Positions 55,551-64,000 of a DNA stretch of 64,000 nucleotides are shown one piece after another. The stretch covers positions 248,001 to 312,000 of the forward strand of contig NC_088803.1 in the NCBI RefSeq assembly GCF_011386835.1. Direction: 5' to 3'. Origin of the DNA: Chrysemys picta bellii. Its lineage: Eukaryota. The notes beneath the pieces were generated by a model that was not told the DNA's origin, did no database searches, and saw only the letters and a program-made list of their open reading frames with translations. Each line of letters starts with the position of its first letter. Position 1 is the first letter of the stretch. The translations under genes and the position numbers were made by a program.

Positions 55551-55885
55551 GAAGGTACGAAGCTACAACAACAATGCAAACAGCCACTTACAGACAGGGA
55601 TCCCGCATTTACAGAGCAGTCTTGTAACACGGCCAACTATTTTGTGCTTCTTTTGCAGGTGCAAAGGTCTCTGCCCACCCAGATCTTTAGGTGGTGAAAA
55701 TGCTGTTTCGATGGCTACTTATCTTGTTGAGACCCCCATCAAGACAGCCCCAACCCCATAATCCCTTCCCAGAGGAGGGAACAGAATGCAGGAGCCCTGA
55801 CTCCCAGCCTCCCTTGCTCTACCCCATTAGACCTCATTCCTCTCCCAGAGCCAGGGTTAGAACCCAGGAGTCCCAATTAATCCTA

Positions 55886-56876
55886 TCATTGGTGCATAGC
55901 TCTGTTGCTGACCCCTGTGCCCAGGAGTGAATTTCTCTGCACTATCCTGCATGGAAACACCTGTCTCCACCCCAGTCGCCTCACAGCCCTCTTGATTTCC
56001 TCATTCCTCAGGGCGTAGATGATGGGGTTCAGTGCTGGCGTCAGAGCTGTATAGAAAACGGTGGCCACCTTCTGTAGGGGGTGGCCAGGGGTGCGCTACA
56101 TGTACACAGGATGCAGGGGCCGTACAGCAAGGCGACCACGGTGACGTGGGCAGCGCAAGTGGAGAGGGCTTTGCGCCTCCCCTACTCGGAGTGCATCCGG
56201 AGCACAGCTGTGACAATCCGGATATAGGAGCCCGGGATCAAGTCCAAGGAGCTGAGGGCCACCATCCCGACGTTGGCAAAAAGGACAGCCTCATTTAATG
56301 AGGTGTCGCCACAGGCCAGCTTCAGCAGAGACGGCATGTCGTAGAAGTAGTGGTCCGGCTGATTGGCCCACGGTAAGGGAGCCGGAAAGTGAGGGATGTC
56401 TGTAGTGCTGAATGGGGAGACCCTGCCAGGCATGTCCCAGCCACCAGCCGGACACACACCCTCTGGTTCATGGTCCTGACATAGTGCAGAGGGACACATG
56501 TAGCCACATATCGGTCGTAGGTCAAGACCATCAGCAGGAAGCACTCGGTGCCTCCAAAGAAGTGGAAAGAATACAGCAGTGCCACACAGCAGCCAAAGGA
56601 GGTGGAGCGGGAGCCCACCGGGAAGTCAGCCAGCATCCTGGGGAGCATGACGCCGGAATGGCACATGTCCAGGAGGGACAGCTCGCTGAGGAAGTAGTAC
56701 AAGGGGGAGTGGAGCTGAGGGCTGAGTCTGATGGTCAACAGGATGACAAGATTCCCCAGAAGAGTCAACAGGTAGATGGCTAGAAAGAGCAGGAAAAAGC
56801 AAACCTTCCATTTCTGAGCCTCAGAATATCCCAGGAGGGTGAATTCCAGCCTACAGGTGACATTCTGCCTTGCCAT
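55886..56876 (-). pseudogene. Olfactory receptor pseudogene (family 10-like) with frameshifts and an internal stop
   Basis: OR motifs are spread over several frames: LHSPLYYFLSELS and LTYDRYVATC (56322-56876); DMPSLLKLACGD...RMHSE* (ends 56182); [15 protein letters not shown] (55886-56068). Confidence 0.9.
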
Positions 56877-57003
56877 TTGTCCCTTCCGTGGGTCCTATTG
56901 CTACAGGCCTTTGTCTGAAAATGATGTGATTTAGTGAGGAAGAAGCACATCCAGCATGGTGAATTTTCTGAGAATTTACAAGTAAATCTTGGTTGAGTGA
57001 CTG

Positions 57004-57322
57004 NNNNNNNNNNNNNNNNNNNNNNNNNNNNNNNNNNNNNNNNNNNNNNNNNNNNNNNNNNNNNNNNNNNNNNNNNNNNNNNNNNNNNNNNNNNNNNNNN
57101 NNNNNNNNNNNNNNNNNNNNNNNNNNNNNNNNNNNNNNNNNNNNNNNNNNNNNNNNNNNNNNNNNNNNNNNNNNNNNNNNNNNNNNNNNNNNNNNNNNNN
57201 NNNNNNNNNNNNNNNNNNNNNNNNNNNNNNNNNNNNNNNNNNNNNNNNNNNNNNNNNNNNNNNNNNNNNNNNNNNNNNNNNNNNNNNNNNNNNNNNNNNN
57301 NNNNNNNNNNNNNNNNNNNNNN
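57004..57322. other. Assembly gap, 319 N
   Basis: Run of n. Confidence 1.
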
Positions 57323-57428
57323 AAAAGAAGAGCACTGTGGCTTGCCCAGAGTTCAATTTAGTACAGTATTCTGTCTCCAGTGATAGCCAGTACCAGTTGG
57401 ATCACAAATTGAATATGAGACAACAATG

Positions 57429-58230
57429 TAAGAAACATAAGAATGGCCACACTGAGTCAGATCAATGGTCAACCTAGCCCAGTATCCTGTCTTCCGACAG
57501 TGGCCAGTGCCAGGTGCTTCTGAGTGAATGAACAGAACAGGGCAATTATCCAGTGGTCCATCCCTTGTCATTCAGTCCCAGAATCTGGCAAGTCAGAGGC
57601 TTTGGGTTGTGTCCCTGACCATCTTGGCTAATAGCCATTGATGGACCTATCCTCCATGAACTCATCTAATTCTTTTTTGAACCCAGTTATACTTTTGGCC
57701 TTCACAACATACTCTGGCAATGAGTTCCACAGGTTGACTGTATGTTGTGTGAAGAAGTACTTCCTTAGGTTTGTTTTAAACCTGCTGCCTATTAATTTCA
57801 TTAGGTAACCCCTAGTTCTTGTATTATATGAAGGGGTAAATAAAATTTCCTTATTCACTTTCTCCACACTATTCTTGATTCTTTAGACCTCTATTATATC
57901 CCTCTTTAGTCCCAGTCTTTTCAATCTTTTGTACAGAAGCTACCCTTAATCAATTTTGTTGCCCTTTTCTGTATCTTTTCCAATTCTAATATATCTTTTT
58001 TGAGATGAGGCAACCAGAACTGCATGCAGTATTAAAAGCATGGGCGTCTATTTTCTGTCTTATTATCTATCCCTTTCCTAATGGTTCCTAACATTCTGTT
58101 AGATTTTTTAACAACTGCTGCACATTGAGTGGATGTTTGCAGAGAACTATCCACAATGACTACAAGATCTCTTTCTTGATGGGTAACAGCTAAATTAGAA
58201 CCCATCATTTTGTATGTATAGTTGGGATTC
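57429..58230 (-). mobile_element. CR1 LINE 3' fragment, decayed
   Basis: Same 3' end and UTR as 11818 and 34269 ([18 protein letters not shown]...FKKELD). Confidence 0.88.
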
Positions 58231-58234
58231 TATA

Positions 58235-58980
58235 TGTCATGTTATCTGATCAAAATATGACCACATAGATCATTGTTGCAACCACTGTTATATATTTGCA
58301 ACAAACCTTGCACAAAATGTGGGATGTAAGATGTCTATTAAAAACTTATGATTTGCTGGTTATGATTATGCTATCTGTACACATGTATCATTTTTGTACT
58401 TAAAGTTATGAGCATTGGCTCTATTGTTGTATTTCAAATGTTTGCTCTTGGGGTAATGCTCACAAGGTATTTAGCCAGCACATCTTGGAGAGACTATCAT
58501 ATTAAGTGGCTCATCAAGAAACACTTAACTGACAATGGACCATGGGGATGCCCATCTACTCTGAATGGACGGTCCTGTAAACGTGCTGTTTGAGGTATAG
58601 GTAATGGCTTCTACTGTGGCCAAACCTTCATGTGTGGACATGTGACTCTGAACTCTATCTTATCACCTGTAATTTTCCACTAGCTGTGCTGAGGGCTTTG
58701 TTTGAGACAATGTGTTTCCCTCCAAATGGCAGAAGCTATAAAAGATCCTGGAATGGAAACCCCTCAATTTTGCCTCTTTTCTGCTCCAGCCTCTGGACTA
58801 TGAACTTACACTAATGGAAGCATCTAACCAAGGGACTGAGGTTCTTCCAATGATTTGGAAGCAGCCAGAGACTTGACTTAAGCCAGCAGTTTATTCCATT
58901 ACTGCTACGAGCCTGAGCCCAGAACTTTGCCATTACTGGATGTATTTGACTCCTTTGACCAGTTTTAACTCTCACCTTTC

Positions 58981-59052
<72 letters not shown>

Positions 59053-59437
59053 TCAATAAACCTTTAGATTTTAGATACTAAAGGATTGGCATCGACATGA
59101 TTTTTGGGTGAAATCTAAGTTATATATTGACCTGGATGCATGGCTGGTCCTTTGGGATCAGAAGAACCTTTTATTTGATGAACTTGGTTTTAAAAAACAC
59201 TCATATTTAAAACCACTGTTTTGGGGGGGGGGGGGATACAAGGACTGGAATACCTAAGGAAACTGCTTTTATGACTTCTTGTTAGCCAGTGTGGTGAAAC
59301 AGAAGCTTACTTTTGTTCCTGGTTTTGGTATATCTTATGGAGGAATAGCCATTAGTTTAGGGTGTGTCTATCCTATTTCTTAGCAATTTGTCCTGAATTT
59401 GGTATTCTCACTTGTGACCCACTGAGGCATGGTTACA
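58235..59437 (+). mobile_element. Probable solo LTR containing a (TTTC)n microsatellite
   Basis: TG...CA ends interrupting CR1 sequence; AATAAA at about 59055. No TSD found. Confidence 0.5.
58976..59054. repeat. (TTTC)n microsatellite
   Basis: About 19 units. Confidence 0.97.
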
Positions 59438-59579
59438 TCATGTACATTTAGCATTTCTCAACATTGACTTTCATCTGCCATTTTATTGTTCAGTTACCCA
59501 GTTTTGTGAGATCCCTTTGTAACTCTTCCCAGTCTGCTTTGTATCCTCTGCAAACATTGCCACCTTACTGTTTACATTG

Positions 59580-60050
59580 TGATGCAGTTGCAAAAAAGGC
59601 TAATATCATTTTGGGGTGTGTTAACAGGAGTGTCGTATGTTAGACATAGGAGGTAATTCTCCTGCTCTACTCACAACTGGTAAAGTCCCAGCTGGAGTCC
59701 TGTGTCCAGTTTTGGGCATCACACTTCAGGAAGGTGACAAGTTTCAGAAGGGCAGCCGTGTTAGTTTGTTTCAGCAAAAACGAGGAGTTTCCTTTGACAC
59801 CTTAAAGACTAACAAATTTATTTGGGCATAAGCTTTTGTGGGCTGGAACCCACTTTATCAGATGCATCTTTCAAACTATAAGGGTAGTTAAGGACTGGAA
59901 CAGGTTTCCAAGGGAGGTTGTGGAAACTCCATTATTGGAGGTTTCTGAGTAGAGGTTAGACAAATGCCTGTCAAGGATGGTCTAGGTATATTTGGCCCTG
60001 CTTCAGAGTGGGCAGATTGGACTAGATGACCTGTCAAGGCCCCTTTCAGT
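59580..60050 (+). mobile_element. Old CR1 3' fragments, with a Penelope-like fragment at 59743-59866
   Basis: CAA..KKAN.ILGC.NR...P.LE.CVQFW-like remnant and CR1 3' UTR GGACTAGATGACCT...GGCCCCTTTCAGT. The inserted fragment matches 5171-5295, but its hammerhead cores are mutated (CTGATAA, AAAA). Confidence 0.7.
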
Positions 60051-60470
60051 GCTTCAGGGGATCGTGTAAGACGCTCTGCAGTGGTTAGTTATGGGATTAC
60101 CTGTGCACAGGTGAAGTATTTTCTTAACCCACATTGTGGAATGGTTGGTTCGTTTCCTGGAGCCGGAGATTTCACATACCCTGCTGTGCTCAAGTTTTGG
60201 ATGAAACAATTGAAACAAAGAGTAAACCTTTGAAGAAGAAGGTGCTTTTATCTTTCTTCACTCACTCTTGGGACAAGCTCCCGGAAGAATGTGGTAGCAG
60301 AGGCATCAGCCTAATGAGCAATTACTGGATTTTGCATCGTTGCGGTGACATGACAGCTAGCAAAGATTGTTCAATATTTTAATGTATGAACAGTTTCTTT
60401 TGACCTAGGTATCTTTATAATTAGGGAGGTGGTTGACCATGGTTTCATTGTTAAGATGGAGTCGAGACTT

Positions 60471-61934
60471 TACTCCTGGGGAAATTCTGCACTACTTCAG
60501 CTTTAATGAGCCACACATATTTTTATTTTTTTGCGCAGAAAAAAGCTTCTGCCAAAATATTGCTGCAATTCTGCCTTTTGCCCACCAGAGGGGTAAAAAA
60601 TAAAATAAATGGAGATATACCATCTCCCAGAACTGGAAGGGACCTTGAAAGGTCATTGAGTCCAGCCCCCTGCCTTCACTAGCAGGACCAAGTACTGATT
60701 TTGCCTCAGATCCCCAAGTGGCCCCCTCAAGCCTTGAACTCACAACCCTGTGTTTAGCAGGCCAATGCTCAAACCACTGAGCTATCCCTCCCCCCTGTGG
60801 TGGTGATAGAACAAGGCCCAGCTCCCCACCAGCTAGGGAAGAGAAAGAGCCTGCCTTCTTCACATCACCTGTTGGGCCAGGTCAGGAGACAGGGTCTATG
60901 GGGAGACAGACAGCGTGGGCTGCTGGGGGGTCAGACAGGGGATCATAAGGCTACTGGGAGAGGACAGACTGGTACAGGGGCTGAATGGGAGTGGAGGCAC
61001 AGAGCCACAGAGGAGAGGGGGTGCAAAGCCACATGGTGATGGGGGAGGGGGTGCAGAGCTACATAGGGACAGAGAGTGGTTGAGTGGGGGCACAGAGACA
61101 CGTGGGGGTGGGGGAGGGGGTACAGAGTCACATAGGGACAGGGGGAGGGAGTGAAGGGTCACAGGGGGATGGGAGTGGGGGTGGAGGAACACATGTGGAC
61201 AGGGGGTACAAGGACACATGGGAATAGGGGAAGATGTACCTGACTGAATGGGAGAGGCTAGGGGTCAACCAGGGTCTGCATGGGGGAAACTCCCTAACAA
61301 TCCATCCCTGCACCCCCCCAAAAAAACCTGTTCCATACTTTTCCCACCCATATCTGACAACCCTCCAAGTTCACACCTAGGCTCCTTCCCAGCAATTTAC
61401 TTCCCTCTCCCTCAGCTCCTCCATTATCCCTGATTCCCCCAAGCCTTTGCACTGCTTCTGAGAAGTGCAGGAAATATGGTTCTATATTGTAGTTTGAATG
61501 AATTATTACTCAGATTCCATACTAGGCATATAACACAGAACTCTATTTGTCAAAAAGCATTTCCTGAATCATTTTTTGTGTTACAGAATACTTACTTACA
61601 GGTATTTTGAAATAAATGACCATAAATAATTCAAACTGGTGTGTAGAGCCCTGCACGGATACAAATTTATATCCACGGATGAGGATATCCACGGATAGCA
61701 ATTGGTATCCACTGATCCACAGGGCTCTACTCCCAGGAAACGCAACAGCCAAGGAGAGAAGAACTTGGTGTCGCCATTCCCAGGAGCCAGCTCCCCATGC
61801 TGGCAGCCCCTCCCAGCCGTACTGTACGACTCCAGACAGGAGATGCAGAGTTTTTCAAATATTGTTTGCAGAGTTTTTAATTTTTTTGTTGCACAATTTT
61901 TAAATTTTTTGGCACAGAAATTCTCCCAGGAGTA
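60471..61934. mobile_element. TA-CTCCTG-ended non-autonomous DNA element, opposite orientation to 25295-27834
   Basis: TACTCCTGGGGAAATTCTGC / CAGAAATTCTCCCAGGAGTA termini. Hosts a SINE and a small palindromic element (61644-61729, TAGAGCCCTG ends). Confidence 0.7.
60617..60795 (-). mobile_element. Turtle polIII/SINE (tRNA-derived head plus CR1-derived tail)
   Basis: Minus strand GGGGGAGGGATAGCTCAGTGG (A box)...GTTCAAGGC (B box)...TGGACTCAATGACCTTTCAAGGTCCCTTCCAGTTCT (CR1-like 3' end). Confidence 0.88.
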
Positions 61935-64000
61935 GATCATGGCACCATTGTTCTGGGTACCACACAGACAGAGTGACACAGAACCAGCCTTTCATAGTTT
62001 GCTAACCAACCCAAGCATAGGAAACGTTATCAATGCCACCCCTCCTCTTCTCATTGGGATGAACATCGCTCTGTGTCTTTCTGGGTCTTGGGAGTGTTCT
62101 CTTACCCTCCCCTTTGCACAATCAGGGTGCAGGAGAAAGGGTCTTTACAGAATTACGGCTGATTTAACTGAACCAAAGCTGCTCCTTCACTAGCTAGCTA
62201 AGCAGAATAGACACGAGCCTCGTCTTTCACCTCTACTGTGCATCTACACTAAGAGGTTGGCGGGGGTTAGCTACATTGATGGGAAGCTCTATACAAATCC
62301 ATAGACACCACACAGAGAAGGATGTGAGAGAGACAGGGCTAGATTAGGGGGGTTTCCAGCAATTATCTCATCAATCTATTTGTTAGTGTCCCAGCACCAC
62401 AGTTTTAATAAGGCCCTCTGCGATTTCTCTAATCACTATCATTTCCTGCTCTTCCTCTGGGGGGCGTCTTACCTGGCAGCCAGGACGAGGGGGCAGAAGC
62501 AGACGGATAATTAATCTCTGTAGCTGTGTTATCCCCAGCCCAGTCAGACCATCCCACGGAGTGCAATGGCCACTAGGATTAATTAAAATGTTGATATTTC
62601 TAATGAGTCCCCAGGCTGGGCCTTCTCACTGCACTGGGTACCAGCCTCAGAAGTTACTCTTGGCTGCATCAGCTGAGTTCTGTGTGTCATTGCCACAGAC
62701 ACTGGACCCGAAACTGCATTTGACTATTTTAATTTGTATTATCATCATAGATATTATGGTAGGACCTACAGTCTGGAACGGAGACATGGGTCCCTTTGTG
62801 CAACACACAGCACAGATACATAGGCACAGTGTCCACCTGAATACGATACACATTTCATAGCTGAGAGTGACAGAGGATTTAATTATCCAGTTGTAACACC
62901 AACAGACTTGGGCTGTCAGCAGGCAGGATTGAACCGGGGACCTTTGGCGCTAAAGGAATGAGCGTCTAGTCAAGTGGCACTTAGCTAAGGCTGTAAAGCA
63001 GCGTCACTAATCTCTCTCACTCAGTAGTCTCAGTAGCTCTACATTACACATATATAACAGGTCGGGAAACTGAGGCACAAAGCAATGTAGTGAATTACTT
63101 AAGGTCATATACAGAGCCTATACTGGAACCTAGATCTCCTGTGTCCCAGGCCTTTGTCTTAACTGTAGGATAATGGTTTGCAAATAATTCCCATGGGCTC
63201 TTTAAATGTAGGTGTGGTGAATTGATACAGTTCTCAGTTACAAAATACTATAGCCACCTGCTCTCTTGGCTTCTCGCTCTATGGCCACCCAGTAACCATG
63301 GCTTGGAGGTTAATGGAGCTTTCCCATTATCCATCAGAAGCTACAGCGGTTTTAAAAATCAATGTACACATTTTGTGCACTGATTTCCCATTCCAGGTTT
63401 TCTTTTCTCAGGCACCATAAGTCTGGATTTGTGATATTTTAATGCAGCTAAATGTATGTGTGCACATCTGGGAACAAAGAATCGAGGCTGTGCTTACAGG
63501 ATGGGGGCCTCTCTCCTGGGGAGCAGCAATTCTGAAAAAGATTTGGTGGAGAATTAGCTGAACGTGAGCCCCCAGTTCGATGCTGTGGCCAGAAGACCTA
63601 ATGTGACCTTGGGATACATAAAGGAGCACTCTCTAGTATGAACAGAGAGGTGATTTTACCATTGGTGTGACCACTGATGGTACACTCTGTCCAGTGCTGG
63701 TGTTCACAATTCCAGACGGGTGCTGACACATTGGAGAGGAATCAGAGAAGAGCCATGAGAATAAATGAAGGATTAGAAAACCTGCCTTATAATGATAGAC
63801 TTAAAGAGTTCGAGCTGTGTAGAGCTGTGCAATAAGGCTGAGATTTTCAAAGTCCTCTTCAAGGTTTGAATCTCCAATTTCTATTAATTATAGTGCAGAC
63901 TGAGTGTGCCTGTCCCTTAGGCAGCTTTCAAAATGTCAGACTTACAGCATGTCAGACAGCGAAGTAAGAGTATTTCTATGATTATTAGTGATCCAGATAG
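61935..64000 (-). repeat. Inverted paralogous copy of the OR10D unit flanks (3' flank of a gene beyond the window joined to the upstream flank of the next unit)
   Basis: The reverse complement matches about 18240-18780, 28020-29350 and the unit landmark TATTTGTAACTGAGAACTGTATCAATTC. Confidence 0.85.

Noticed and set aside
56976-57383. ORFs spanning the N gap
   Set aside because: Artefacts of ambiguous bases.
59743-59866. Additional hammerhead ribozymes (also 55500-55550)
   Set aside because: Catalytic core nucleotides are mutated (CUGAUAA/AAAA; GAAA lost), so they are predicted inactive.
60700-60795. Possible tRNA gene
   Set aside because: A and B boxes are followed by a CR1-derived tail and no clean cloverleaf, so it is a SINE head.

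Overview
Vertebrate genomic DNA, almost certainly from a turtle (it carries the tortoise-type tRNA/CR1 polIII SINE, CR1 LINEs and Harbinger/hAT MITEs). The window is part of a class II (gamma) olfactory receptor cluster. It contains: four tandemly duplicated OR10D-like genes on + (8184, 17150, 22980, 32065); two OR10G-like paralogs on - (one intact, one with a stop at codon 8); one frameshifted OR pseudogene; and an inverted, truncated copy of the OR10D unit at the right end. The units are packed with nested transposable elements: a very young, internally deleted Gmr1-like Gypsy element (identical 458-bp LTRs, tRNA-Leu PBS, SCAN-like gag, protease followed directly by the integrase zinc finger); solo LTRs; CR1 fragments; Penelope-like fragments with minimal hammerhead ribozymes; many hAT MITEs with 8-bp TSDs; and minisatellites. 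The most interesting item is an apparently intact 4.85-kb PIF/Harbinger transposon. Besides the canonical DDE transposase and spliced Myb/SANT gene, it carries a third, well-punctuated 96-aa ORF nested antisense in the Myb intron, which by eye resembles a BEN DNA-binding domain. All family assignments come from motif recognition only; no database searches were run, and identity values are by-eye counts.
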